A stretch of DNA of 64,000 nucleotides from Eggerthellaceae bacterium (GTDB taxonomy: Bacteria; Actinomycetota; Coriobacteriia; Coriobacteriales; Eggerthellaceae), in assembly GCA_017511465.1 (NCBI GenBank), contig JAFWJU010000054.1, positions 620 to 64,619 on the forward strand, in the 5' to 3' direction. The stretch's first letter is position 1, and every line of letters starts with the position of its first letter. Shown in pieces: positions 26,128-35,945 of the stretch. The translations under genes and the position numbers were made by a program. The notes under the pieces are model-generated. The model saw nothing but the letters and a program-made list of their open reading frames with translations. It ran no database searches and was not told the DNA's origin.

Positions 26128-28098
26128 TCAAACGATAGTGAAGTACTCGGTGCACGTGGCAGAAACCACGATAGAAGCAAGACCGCTCTCAACGGGAATC
26201 GTGGTATCGCCGCACGTGAGCCCTTCCCCCTCGGAGACGGTTATGCCGAGGCTCTCAAAGTCGATGACGATGCGTTGGGTTTCAGCAGAACGGTTGCATA
26301 CTGCGACGACAGTCTGGTCGTCACCTGAGACGCGTGCAACGCATATCACGTCGGAATTAACGGCCATGCAGGTGAAACTCCCAGTGCGAAGCGCGAGCGA
26401 GCCTTTACGCATTGCCCCAAGGGCCTTGTAATGCCCCGTGAGGTCCTTGCCTACATCTGAGCGACTCGTATCGCCCCAGACCATGGGCGCGCGGCAGAAC
26501 GGGTCTGAGCCACCCTGCATGCCGCGCTCATCGCCGTAATAGATGCATGGCGAGCCGGGAAGCGCGTACAAAAGACCTGTAATCATGACCTGAAGCTCGC
26601 AAGCTTTCGAGTCTTGCTCGGGGGTGAGTGTGGTTTGAATCCGATACTGCTCTTCGCGGGGTTCGTTCCTAAATGTTTTCCCATATGCGAGCACGGTCCG
26701 CATGCGCTCGACGTCGTGTGAGGACATCAGGTTCATGAGGCAGCGGTACAGCGGTGCAGGATAGTTCGATTGCTGCATCTTGAGGAACGTCGCCAGTTGG
26801 TAAGCATCGATCCTATCTGTAGCGAAATCGAGTAACGCGCTTCGCAGCGGATAGTTCATCACCGAATCGAGCGAGCGCCCGAACGCATACGTGCGAGCCA
26901 TTCCGTAGCTTTCCTTGGTGGTGGCGTCTTCCCACACCTCGCCGATGATGACGGCATCTTGCTTGACGGACTTGACAGCAGTTCGCAGGCGCTCTAGCAC
27001 ATCGTCGGGGAGTTCGTCGGCGACATCGAGACGGTAGCCCATCGCGCCCGCGGCAAGCCACTTTGGAAGGATCTTGCCGAGGATGTAGTCTTGCCACAAT
27101 TCGTTGCGTTCGTCCACTTCTGGAAGCGTCGGGTCTCCCCACCAACAACGATACGGCCCGTCTTCTTTTTGCACAGAGAAATCGTACCAATCGAAATATT
27201 TGGACCAGGGACCTTGCGCAGCACCAGGCTCGTCGTAGGTTTCCTGCGCGTTGAAATAACGGCTGTCGCTCCCCGTATGGGAGAGTACAGCGTCGAGGAT
27301 AATTGAAATGCCTAGATCGGCAGCTTCTTTCACTAGTATCGCGAAATCATCGTCGGCGCCGAGCAACGGGTCGATGTGCTCGTAATCGGCGGTATCGTAT
27401 CGATGGTTCGATCGCGCCTCGAACATGGGATTGAGGTACAGCGCTTCTACTCCAAGCGATGCCAAGTAAGGCAGTTTCTCGCGAATGCCCTCGAACGTGC
27501 CACCGTAAAAGTCTACGGGGTCGTATTCTCGGCCCTCCTCCCATTCGACGGGATCGTTCCAATCCTCATGCAAGTGCACGGGACGACCCATCTTCTCGTG
27601 CATCAATAAGCCCTCTGCACGAACGCCGGTTTTACCACGTGCAAAACGGTCGGGAAACACCTGGTACATGATTGCGCCGGTAAACCAATCAGGCGTGGAG
27701 AAATTCGGTTCGTAAACGCTCACTTGGAAACCCAAAGGCGCAGCATCGGCTTCGTAGGGCTCTCCTGACGACGAGCGGCTGTCGGAGCACGGTGCGTATA
27801 CGATCGTCTTTGTGGTGTCGAGCGTTATGGCAAAGCGGTAAAAGGCGACATGCGGCTCATGACGGAACCCGACAGTGCAGCCATATCCGTTTGGATCGGG
27901 TTGCATGGGAATCGACCATTCGTCATCCCCCTCGAGCACGAAGAGGTCGACGGCGGCGATGCGGCTACACGCCTCGAGTCCAACGCGAAGGCGTAGGTGA
28001 ACCATAGTGCCAATGGGGATAGCACCTAACGGCGTCCTATCCCCCGCCCTGCATGGGTCGTGGCCGATATCCCATTTCAGTTGCGCTAAAGCTTCCAA
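26128..28098 (-). CDS. GH13 alpha-amylase-family glycosidase (neopullulanase/maltodextrin glucosidase-like)
   Basis: GH13 conserved regions are present: DAVLSHTG, GYRLDVADEL, IIGEVWED and LMSSHDV. It overlaps the glgP stop by 13 nt. Confidence 0.85.
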   Translation of the reverse strand: MEALAQLKWDIGHDPCRAGDRTPLGAIPIGTMVHLRLRVGLEACSRIAAVDLFVLEGDDEWSIPMQPDPNGYGCTVGFRHEPHVAFYRFAITLDTTKTIVYAPCSDSRSSSGEPYEADAAPLGFQVSVYEPNFSTPDWFTGAIMYQVFPDRFARGKTGVRAEGLLMHEKMGRPVHLHEDWNDPVEWEEGREYDPVDFYGGTFEGIREKLPYLASLGVEALYLNPMFEARSNHRYDTADYEHIDPLLGADDDFAILVKEAADLGISIILDAVLSHTGSDSRYFNAQETYDEPGAAQGPWSKYFDWYDFSVQKEDGPYRCWWGDPTLPEVDERNELWQDYILGKILPKWLAAGAMGYRLDVADELPDDVLERLRTAVKSVKQDAVIIGEVWEDATTKESYGMARTYAFGRSLDSVMNYPLRSALLDFATDRIDAYQLATFLKMQQSNYPAPLYRCLMNLMSSHDVERMRTVLAYGKTFRNEPREEQYRIQTTLTPEQDSKACELQVMITGLLYALPGSPCIYYGDERGMQGGSDPFCRAPMVWGDTSRSDVGKDLTGHYKALGAMRKGSLALRTGSFTCMAVNSDVICVARVSGDDQTVVAVCNRSAETQRIVIDFESLGITVSEGEGLTCGDTTIPVESGLASIVVSATCTEYFTIV

Positions 28099-30587
28099 AT
28101 CTGCTCGCAGTAATCCTCGATTGCCCTATCAGAGCTAAAATAACCTGCTTTAGCCGTATTGACGATGGCGCTTGCAAGCCAGCGGTCGCGGTCGGCGTAA
28201 GCTTTCATGACGTCGCCAAAGCGCTCGTCGTAAGCAGCGAAATCGAGCATGACGAAGTACGGGTCGCCTTCATTTCGAAGCGCATGGTACAGGTTGTCGA
28301 AACGGCTGCCATCGTGCGTGGGCAGGCTTCCGTCGACAAGGTGCTGCATGACGCGCGCAAGGCGGGGGTTGCCATCGGCGACAGCAGCCGGGTTGTACGA
28401 GTGCTCTGCCTTTATGCGGGCAAGGTCCTCGACCGTTGCTCCGAAAATGAAGATGTTGTCGGGCCCCACCTGCTCGGCAATCTCGACGTTCGCGCCATCC
28501 ATCGTTCCAAGCGTGAGGGCGCCGTACAGCATGAACTTCATGTTGCCCGTGCCAGAAGCCTCGAGGCCCGCAGTCGAGATTTGCTCGGAAATGTCAGCGG
28601 CTGCCACGAGATGCTGGGCGGCCGTTACATCGTAGTTCTCAAGGAATAGCACGGGAATAAGATCGCGTGTGCGCTCGTCAGACGCTACAAGTTCTGAAAT
28701 CGAGTTGATGAGGCGGATGATGTCCTTTGCCCTGCGGTAGCCCGGTGCGGCTTTGGCCGCGAAAACGAACGTGGTGGGCTGCATGTCGGTGAGCTCACCA
28801 GATACGATGCGGTCATACAGCGACAAGATGTGCAACGCCTTCATAAGCTGACGTTTGTACTCGTGCAAACGCTTGGCTTGGGCATCGATGATGGTGTTCG
28901 GATTAAGCTCTGCATGGCGGCTCTTGGATAGCCAGTCGGCAAAATCCACTTTGTTTTGCGCCTTCACCTTCTCAAACTCTTTGCGGAACGCGGCATCTTG
29001 GGCATATGGCTCGAGCTCGGCGATCTTGCGCCAGTCTTTCATGAAGCCTTCGCCGATCGTGTCGTTGACGAGGCGGCGCAGGCCGGGGTTTGCCACACCG
29101 AGCCATCGGCGTTGTGTGACGCTGTTGGTGATGCCGCTGAACCTCTCGGGGTAAGCTGTGTAGAAGTCGCGGAACAACGACGTGCGCAGGATTTGGCCGT
29201 GAAGCTGGGAAACGCCGTTGACGTGGCCGCTGAGGAGGACGCAGAGATTGGCCATGCGCACCTGGCCGCCTTGGATGATGGCCATGCGGTTGACGCGATC
29301 GTTGTCGCCAGGATACTTTGCCCAGATACGCTCGCGGAAGCGTGCGTCGATGGTCTCGAGGATTCGGTAAACGCGGGGCAGCAGGCGCTTCATCGTGCTT
29401 GCAGGCCACTTTTCGAGCGCTTCGGGCATGATGGTGTGGTTGGTGTAGTTGAACGTGCGGGCTGTCATGTCCACCGCTTCTTCCCAGGTAAATCCCTCCT
29501 CGTCGATGAGGATGCGGATGAACTCGGGAATGGCGAGCGCAGGATGCGTGTCGTTGATCTGAACCGCGATCTTGTCGGGCAGCGATCGCAGATCGCCGTA
29601 ATGACGCTTATGAGCGTCGATGAGCGACTGCACGGTGGCGGAAACCAAGAAGTAGAACTGGCGGAGGCGCAGCTCTTGACCGCGCTCGTGGCTGTCTTCG
29701 GGGTAAAGCACCTTCGAGATGGATTCTGCAAGGTCGCGTTCGGACGTTGCGCGCTCATAATCGCCCTGGTTGAAGCGCGCGAGGTCGAGCTGCTGAGGGG
29801 CGCGTGCACGCCACAGGCGAAGCGTTGCGGGAAGCTTGCTTTCGTAGCCTACGATGGGCATGTCGCATGCTTCGGCGTAAATAGACTGCGCGTCATGGTA
29901 CACGACCTTAAGGGTGCCGTCCTCGCTCCAGATTTCCTCGACGTGACCGCCGAACTTGACTTCGAACATGCGATCGGCGCGTTCGACCGACCAAACATCG
30001 CCACCAAGCGTCCAGTAGTCGGGAACCTCGACCTGTTGGCCATCGTGGATCTCCTGGCGGAAGAACCCGTACTCGTAGCGGATTCCGCAGCCCATTGCCG
30101 GGAGCCCAAGCGTGGACAAGCTGTCAAGGAAGCAGGCAGCAAGTCGGCCGAGGCCGCCGTTGCCGAGGCCCGCATCGGCCTCCTGCTCTTCGATGTCGCC
30201 AAGATCGTAGCCCATCTGAGCGAGCGCTTCGGCATAGGTGTCATACAGGCCCAGGTTTACCAGGTTGTTGGAAAGCGCGCGACCGATGAGGAACTCGGCG
30301 CACAGGTAGATGACGCATTTGTCGCCTGATGTCTGCGAGCGCTCGCGCTCTGCCGCGAACACGTCCATCACGACATCGCGGACGCAAAGCGCGGTGGCTT
30401 GGTAGATTTGCGAATCGACGGCGTTCTCGGCAGTGACGCCGAATTCGCGGCGGACGCGCGCTTCGATTTGCTCGCGAACCTCGGCCACCTTCTTGTCGCT
30501 GGGCTTTCCGCCCTCTTTCTCGATCTGCGTTTCAAGTTTCTTGCTGATTTGCTTGTACAGCTGCTTTTCGTTCTTCTTAGATTTCAT
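28086..30587 (-). CDS. glgP: glycogen/maltodextrin phosphorylase
   Basis: The PLP-lysine region is EASGTGNMKFMLYGALTLGTMDGANVEI, and the protein is over 800 aa. The probable start is MKSKKNEKQ, although the ORF extends to 30638. Confidence 0.9.
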   Translation of the reverse strand: MKSKKNEKQLYKQISKKLETQIEKEGGKPSDKKVAEVREQIEARVRREFGVTAENAVDSQIYQATALCVRDVVMDVFAAERERSQTSGDKCVIYLCAEFLIGRALSNNLVNLGLYDTYAEALAQMGYDLGDIEEQEADAGLGNGGLGRLAACFLDSLSTLGLPAMGCGIRYEYGFFRQEIHDGQQVEVPDYWTLGGDVWSVERADRMFEVKFGGHVEEIWSEDGTLKVVYHDAQSIYAEACDMPIVGYESKLPATLRLWRARAPQQLDLARFNQGDYERATSERDLAESISKVLYPEDSHERGQELRLRQFYFLVSATVQSLIDAHKRHYGDLRSLPDKIAVQINDTHPALAIPEFIRILIDEEGFTWEEAVDMTARTFNYTNHTIMPEALEKWPASTMKRLLPRVYRILETIDARFRERIWAKYPGDNDRVNRMAIIQGGQVRMANLCVLLSGHVNGVSQLHGQILRTSLFRDFYTAYPERFSGITNSVTQRRWLGVANPGLRRLVNDTIGEGFMKDWRKIAELEPYAQDAAFRKEFEKVKAQNKVDFADWLSKSRHAELNPNTIIDAQAKRLHEYKRQLMKALHILSLYDRIVSGELTDMQPTTFVFAAKAAPGYRRAKDIIRLINSISELVASDERTRDLIPVLFLENYDVTAAQHLVAAADISEQISTAGLEASGTGNMKFMLYGALTLGTMDGANVEIAEQVGPDNIFIFGATVEDLARIKAEHSYNPAAVADGNPRLARVMQHLVDGSLPTHDGSRFDNLYHALRNEGDPYFVMLDFAAYDERFGDVMKAYADRDRWLASAIVNTAKAGYFSSDRAIEDYCEQIWKL

Positions 30588-30674
30588 TCTCGTTCCTCGG
30601 TAGTGCTTGGTGTTACATAAAAACCTACGACCCGGCAAAAGGGCCTGATGATAGCTTCTGATTGCGTTTCGGCG

Positions 30675-32171
30675 TTACAGCAGCGAACGGTACAGCTCGG
30701 CATAGGATTGGGCGCAGCGGTTGAAGCTGAAGTCGCTTTCCATAGCCTGTTTGACCAGTTTCTTCCGAACATCGGGGTTGCGCCAGACATCCAATGCCCA
30801 GCGGATGACGCCGAGCATCTCGCCTGCGTCGTAGTTTGCGAACGAGAAGCCGTTGCCCTCGCCCGTGAACTCGTTGTAGGGCGTTACCGTATCCTTCAGG
30901 CCGCCCGTCTCACGGACGATGGGCAACGTGCCGTAACGCATCGAGATGAGCTGCGAGATGCCGCACGGCTCGAACAGGGACGGCATGAGGAACAGGTCGC
31001 TTCCGCCATAGATGCGGTGCGAGAGCGGTCCGTTGTAGCCGATGAACGAGCACAGACGGCCCTTGTGACGGCCCTCGGCATCGCGGAAGAACTGCTCGTA
31101 TTCGGACCATCCAGATCCCAGGATGATGACGCGGACGTCTTCTTGCATCAGCTCGTCCAGAACGTACTGAATCAAATCAACGCCCTTCTGAGGCGTAAGG
31201 CGCCCGACCATGCCGATGACGGCGGTGTCGTCGCCTGCGGGTTGAAGCCCGAGCTCTTCAAGCAGCGCATCGCGAACCTTGCGCTTGCGGGCAAGGCTCT
31301 TCTCCGAATAATGAGTCGGAAGGTTGTCGTCGGTGCGAGGGTTCCACACGTCTGTGTCTATGCCGTTCAGGATGCCGATGAGGTCGCTACCGCGCGAGCG
31401 CAGCACGCCGTCGAGGCTCTCGCCCGCAAGTGGCTCGCAGATTTCCTGGGCATACGTGGGGCTTACTGTGGTCACCTTGTCGGCGAACACGATGCCGGCT
31501 TTCAGCATGTTGTCACAGCCATAGTGCTCGATGAATTCGGGGGTTGCGAGCGAATCGTCGACACGAAGCAGGTCACGGTCGAATTCATGGCTGAACTGCC
31601 CCTGGAAGTGCAGGTTGTGGATTGTCAGCACCGTGCGAAGGTTCTGTTGCATGCCGCCGTGATACTGGGTCTTGGCCAGCAGGGGCATCATAGCGGTATG
31701 CCAGTCATTGCAATGCAGGATCTTGACGTCGAAATCGAGCTGCGGAATGGCATCCATAACCGCGCGGGTGAAGAAGGCGTACTGCTCGCCTTCGAACTCG
31801 CCGCCGCAGTACACGGGGCCGCCGAAATAGAATTCGTTGTCGATGAAGTAGTAGACAACGCCGTCGAGCTCGAGCTTTTCGAGGCCAACATACTGGGAGC
31901 GCCAACCGAGGCTCGCTTGGAAGTCGCACAGGTGCTGCGCTTCGTCGCCGTAGCGCTCCTTTATCTCGCGATGGAACGGCAAAATGACGCGTCCATCGAA
32001 GCCGAACTCCTTGAGGTACTTGGGCAGCGCGCCAACAACGTCAGCAAGCCCCCCGACTTTAAGCAATGGAGCGCATTCAGCTGCGGCGATGAGCACGCCG
32101 ATGTTGTTTTCGGGCTTGGCATCCGAAGTCTTCTTGACCGATTTGGCAGGGGCCTTCTTCTTTTGCGGCAT
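30675..32171 (-). CDS. glgA: glycogen synthase (ADP-glucose type)
   Basis: The N-terminal KVGGLADVVGALPK motif is present, and the C-terminal region is GT5-like. Confidence 0.9.
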   Translation of the reverse strand: MPQKKKAPAKSVKKTSDAKPENNIGVLIAAAECAPLLKVGGLADVVGALPKYLKEFGFDGRVILPFHREIKERYGDEAQHLCDFQASLGWRSQYVGLEKLELDGVVYYFIDNEFYFGGPVYCGGEFEGEQYAFFTRAVMDAIPQLDFDVKILHCNDWHTAMMPLLAKTQYHGGMQQNLRTVLTIHNLHFQGQFSHEFDRDLLRVDDSLATPEFIEHYGCDNMLKAGIVFADKVTTVSPTYAQEICEPLAGESLDGVLRSRGSDLIGILNGIDTDVWNPRTDDNLPTHYSEKSLARKRKVRDALLEELGLQPAGDDTAVIGMVGRLTPQKGVDLIQYVLDELMQEDVRVIILGSGWSEYEQFFRDAEGRHKGRLCSFIGYNGPLSHRIYGGSDLFLMPSLFEPCGISQLISMRYGTLPIVRETGGLKDTVTPYNEFTGEGNGFSFANYDAGEMLGVIRWALDVWRNPDVRKKLVKQAMESDFSFNRCAQSYAELYRSLL

Positions 32172-32229
32172 GGTTAACTCCTGTCGTACTCTCATTTTCG
32201 ATTGCGCACTCGGGCGCGTTTCTCATATG

Positions 32230-32257
32230 AAAGGAGCGCCCGCACGAGCGCCCCTTT
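32230..32257. terminator. GC-rich hairpin between the lipoprotein gene and glgA (possible attenuator or internal terminator)
   Basis: AAAGGAGCGCCC-gcac-GAGCGCCCCTTT forms a stem of about 12 bp with two G-U pairs. A T-run is present only on the + strand. Confidence 0.3.
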
Positions 32258-32335
32258 TGGGTTCCAAAACACAACCCGCTAATTATCCCACTTATCATGG
32301 GCAAGAACGGGTCATGCGCACAACCTGCAAAACTC

Positions 32336-33550
32336 CTATTCGTACAGCCGTGCCAGGATATCGGTGGCCTTCGATGGGCTCTTCACTCCCGTCCAAGTGG
32401 TCTTCACTTGTTGGTAGTACTCTCCGTCATAGTAGTAGAAGCATCTAAGGGTCTCGTATCCGTCTTTATCGAATGTGGATTCGCCATAACCATACTCGTA
32501 TTCAAACGTTTTAATGGTCTGGTCCTTTCGATCCTCTCGAGGAGGAAGGGCATCGGCATCTTGGAAATGTCCCTCCTCGTCGAACGAGGCAATGCCTCCC
32601 CTTTCCAGGCTGATTTCATATTTCCCAAAAAACGGAAACTGCGAATCCCAGAACATGCCGAGATTGTCAATGTCGTGCGCAGAGGGATCGGCGCTCCCGC
32701 TCACTGAATACGTTATATCGGAGACGTTGTTCGAATCCCCGTAATAGGTATATGCAGCATTGACGACATACGTGTCGTCAGTAGCGGAATACGCATCAGA
32801 GTTGCGCTGTTTCGAAAAATCCAACAAGTAATTGCCGTCGTAAATGCTTAGCTTGCGACCAGTAAGCTCTGCGTCGAGTTTTTCGCCGGCGATTGTAAGA
32901 TCGAGGTACATCTTCACGTTGTCACCCGGTTCGCCCATCTCGAATTCTTTGGGAGCATACGACACGCTGAAGAAAGCCCACGTTCCTTGGAGGCTCTCGC
33001 CATTGGACTCAATTGAAATCGTGCCATCAACGTTGATGTTGATGGTCGCGTTCTTGTCGATGGCCTTGAACACCTTGGCGTCGACTTTCCCGACATCTTT
33101 GAGGTCTTCGTCATACACAACAACGTCGTCAGACACTTCATCGAGCTTATATGAGCCCGTCAATGCCGAATACGCAATTGAATTAAGGCCTTCAATCGTC
33201 ATCGTAGACGAGAGGATTCTCCCCTTGTCATCCAGCCTGTTGTCAAAGGTTGCCGCTATACCGTAACTTGACGAAGAGGACAGCAGATACCCGGAATCAT
33301 CGCGCGAATACTCGAATTCGACATCGCTTGAGGAATCGGATTTCGCAGCGACCTTGAGGCAATCGCCTTTGTCGTTTCGCTCATATGTCGTTGTGTACAA
33401 CAAGGTATCGTCATAGTTGAGTTCAGTTGCCACTTCTGATTTCACGAAGACCTTTACCGGCGAAAACGCATCGCATCCGCTGACCGTCATGGCAGCAACG
33501 AGCGCAGCTGCCGCGATGGCGGCAACGAAGAGGGCTCTCTTACGGTTCAT
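32336..33550 (-). CDS. lipoprotein of unknown function with degenerate YD-like motifs (low-GC gene)
   Basis: A signal peptide with lipobox VSGC is present. The mature protein is D/S/Y/E-rich. Motifs include YERNDKGDCL, YSRDDSGYLL, LDDKGRIL and FDKDGYETL. Sampled GC is about 43%, against about 57% in flanking glg genes. Confidence 0.7.
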   Translation of the reverse strand: MNRKRALFVAAIAAAALVAAMTVSGCDAFSPVKVFVKSEVATELNYDDTLLYTTTYERNDKGDCLKVAAKSDSSSDVEFEYSRDDSGYLLSSSSSYGIAATFDNRLDDKGRILSSTMTIEGLNSIAYSALTGSYKLDEVSDDVVVYDEDLKDVGKVDAKVFKAIDKNATININVDGTISIESNGESLQGTWAFFSVSYAPKEFEMGEPGDNVKMYLDLTIAGEKLDAELTGRKLSIYDGNYLLDFSKQRNSDAYSATDDTYVVNAAYTYYGDSNNVSDITYSVSGSADPSAHDIDNLGMFWDSQFPFFGKYEISLERGGIASFDEEGHFQDADALPPREDRKDQTIKTFEYEYGYGESTFDKDGYETLRCFYYYDGEYYQQVKTTWTGVKSPSKATDILARLYE

Positions 33551-33598
33551 GTTCGTCCTAACACAACAGGGTGATTCGCTTCTTCGATAAAGAGCTCA

Positions 33599-34729
33599 TC
33601 AACCAACCCTTTGGAACTTGCGGATAACCTGCGGATTATCGGGCGTTCCAATCACGCGCGCGCCATCGGCAACGACAACGTCCTTGTCGATGATGACGTT
33701 GCGCAGGTATGCGCCTTTTCCAATCTGCGAGTCTTGCATGATGACGCAGTCTTTGACGTCGGCACCTTCGGCTATCTTGACGCCGCGGAACACGACGCTG
33801 CCTTCGACGCGGCCGCATACGTCGCAGCCATTGCCGAAGACGCTGTTGACCACTTCGCACCCCATGGCGTAGCGGATGGGAGGCGCGTCCATGACGCGCG
33901 TGTACACAGGGCCCTGCTCGAAGAACAGGTCATCGCGGACTTTCGGATCGAGCATGTCGCGCGTCATGTCGAAATACGACTTGACGGTGGTCAAGCGGGC
34001 AGCATAGCCGGTGTGTTCGACCGCAGCCACCTTGTACTGCCCAAGAGCGGGCTCGATGATATCCGTCACGAAATCATAACGGCCTTCTGCGCATGCTTCC
34101 TCGACAAGCTTGTTGAGGAGTTCCTTGTCCATGACGCTGGCTCCGAGGTTATAGCATCCCCCGCCGGCACCCAAAGGCCCGAATTCGCCGCCTGTGACCC
34201 AGCCGTCCTTGATATCGAGGTTTGCGATGAGGGTCGGGTCGCCTTCGCCGAGCCTGATGTCGTGCGAATAGAGCACGGTGATGTCGGCACCCGATTCGAT
34301 GTGATGCTCGAGCATGCGGCTGTAATCTTCGCGGTACACCATGTCAGACGCAAGCAGGAAGCAGTACTTCGCGTGCTGCTCGTCGATGTAGTAGCGCTTG
34401 GCGAACAGCGCATCGCCGAATCCCTTGTACAGGCCCGTGCCCAAACCCTGGTCAAACGGTGTCAGAAGCGCGACGCCGCCGCGCTTGCTGTTGAGGTCCC
34501 AGGCATCGCCCGATCCGATGTGCTCGACGAGCGATTGGAAGTTGCGTTGCATGATGACGCCGACGTTGCGGATGCCGCTCTGCGCGATGTTCGAGAGCAC
34601 CACGTCGATGGTGCGGTAACGTCCTGCCAAGGGAAGAGCGGATACCGCCCTGTGGGCGATGAGGTCGCCGAGCAACGGGTTGCCGTGTCCTGCGAAGACC
34701 AGTGCGAAGGTATCGTTCATATTCGTCAT
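33599..34729 (-). CDS. glgD: glucose-1-phosphate adenylyltransferase regulatory subunit GlgD
   Basis: The protein is a GlgC paralogue lacking the GGxGxRL motif (it has AGHGNPLLGDL). A left-handed beta-helix lies at the C-terminus. It lies immediately after glgC. Confidence 0.85.
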   Translation of the reverse strand: MTNMNDTFALVFAGHGNPLLGDLIAHRAVSALPLAGRYRTIDVVLSNIAQSGIRNVGVIMQRNFQSLVEHIGSGDAWDLNSKRGGVALLTPFDQGLGTGLYKGFGDALFAKRYYIDEQHAKYCFLLASDMVYREDYSRMLEHHIESGADITVLYSHDIRLGEGDPTLIANLDIKDGWVTGGEFGPLGAGGGCYNLGASVMDKELLNKLVEEACAEGRYDFVTDIIEPALGQYKVAAVEHTGYAARLTTVKSYFDMTRDMLDPKVRDDLFFEQGPVYTRVMDAPPIRYAMGCEVVNSVFGNGCDVCGRVEGSVVFRGVKIAEGADVKDCVIMQDSQIGKGAYLRNVIIDKDVVVADGARVIGTPDNPQVIRKFQRVG

Positions 34730-34738
34730 GATATCCCC

Positions 34739-35929
34739 CTACTCCACTGTCGCGTTCGGTTCGACTGACTCGCCGGCACCAACTGTGCCTTCAGGCGCGA
34801 TCCACGAATCGGGACCGAGGACGCATAAGTCGCCGTCTTCCTCGCCGATACGGGCACCTTCGCCAATATGGGCGTTTTCGGCGACAACGGCGCGTATGAC
34901 GACAGCCCCGGCTTCGATACACGCCCCTCGCATGATGACGCTGTCCTTCACCAGCGCGCCCTGTCCCACACGCACGCCCTGGAACAACAGGCTGTGGGTT
35001 ATGTTGCCCTCCACTTCGCAACCTTCGGCAACCATGCAGTTTTGCAATGTGGCCGATGAACCGATGCGGGCGGCGGGAAGGTTCGGGTTGCGGGAGTAGA
35101 TCTTCCAGGAGTCATCGGACATATCGAGTTCGTCGGAGTTGTCGAGAAGGTCCATGTTGGCTTCCCACAAGCTGTCAATCGTGCCGACATCGCGCCAGTA
35201 CCCCTCGAAGCGGTATGCGAACAAACGCTCATCGGCACTGAGCATCGCGGGTATGACGTCCTTGCCGAAGTCATGGCTGCTATTCTCGTTCACGGCGTCA
35301 TCTTGAAGGTATTGACGTACCTTTTCCCAGCTGAACACGTAAATGCCCATAGAGGCAAGGTTGCTCGGCGGGTTGGCTGGCTTCTCGACGAAGTCGGTCA
35401 CGCGATTGCAGTCGTCAGTGGCGAGGATGCCGAAGCGGCTTGCCTCCTCGATGGGAACGGGCATGACGGCGATAGTCGCATCGGCCTCGTTTTCCTTATG
35501 GAAGCCGACCATGTCGCTGTAATCCATCTTGTAGATATGGTCGCCTGAAAGCACGACGATGAATTCGGGGGCGTAGCGGTCGATGAAGCGGATGTTCTGG
35601 TAGATGGCGTCAGCCGTGCCCAGGTACCAGTTGCCCTCGTCGCCCATGTGAGTCGACGGCGAGAGCGCGTATGCGCCGCCATTGTTCGTGTTGAGGTCCC
35701 ACGGCGCGCCGTTTCCGATGTAGCTGTTCAGGACGAACGGCTCGTACTGCGTGAGCACGCCCACGACGTCGATGCCCGAGTTCGTGCAGTTCGAAAGCGG
35801 GAAATCGATAATGCGGTACTTGCCGCCGTACGGCACGGCGGGTTTTGCCCGGTAACGTGTCAACACGCCCAAACGACTTCCCTGACCGCCAGCCAGGATC
35901 ATTGCAACGCATTCTTTGCGATTGTTCAT
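34739..35929 (-). CDS. glgC: glucose-1-phosphate adenylyltransferase
   Basis: [24 protein letters not shown]...[15 protein letters not shown] is seen. SD GGAGGGGGAG precedes ATG 35929. The longer ORF upstream to 36223 is implausible. Confidence 0.9.
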   Translation of the reverse strand: MNNRKECVAMILAGGQGSRLGVLTRYRAKPAVPYGGKYRIIDFPLSNCTNSGIDVVGVLTQYEPFVLNSYIGNGAPWDLNTNNGGAYALSPSTHMGDEGNWYLGTADAIYQNIRFIDRYAPEFIVVLSGDHIYKMDYSDMVGFHKENEADATIAVMPVPIEEASRFGILATDDCNRVTDFVEKPANPPSNLASMGIYVFSWEKVRQYLQDDAVNENSSHDFGKDVIPAMLSADERLFAYRFEGYWRDVGTIDSLWEANMDLLDNSDELDMSDDSWKIYSRNPNLPAARIGSSATLQNCMVAEGCEVEGNITHSLLFQGVRVGQGALVKDSVIMRGACIEAGAVVIRAVVAENAHIGEGARIGEEDGDLCVLGPDSWIAPEGTVGAGESVEPNATVE

Positions 35930-35945
35930 ACTCCCCCTCCTCGTG

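Noticed and set aside
32728-32745. A GTTCGAATCCCC string resembling a tRNA T-arm/T-loop.
   Set aside because: It lies inside the lipoprotein CDS. I could not fold the flanking sequence into acceptor, D or anticodon stems, so it is a chance match.
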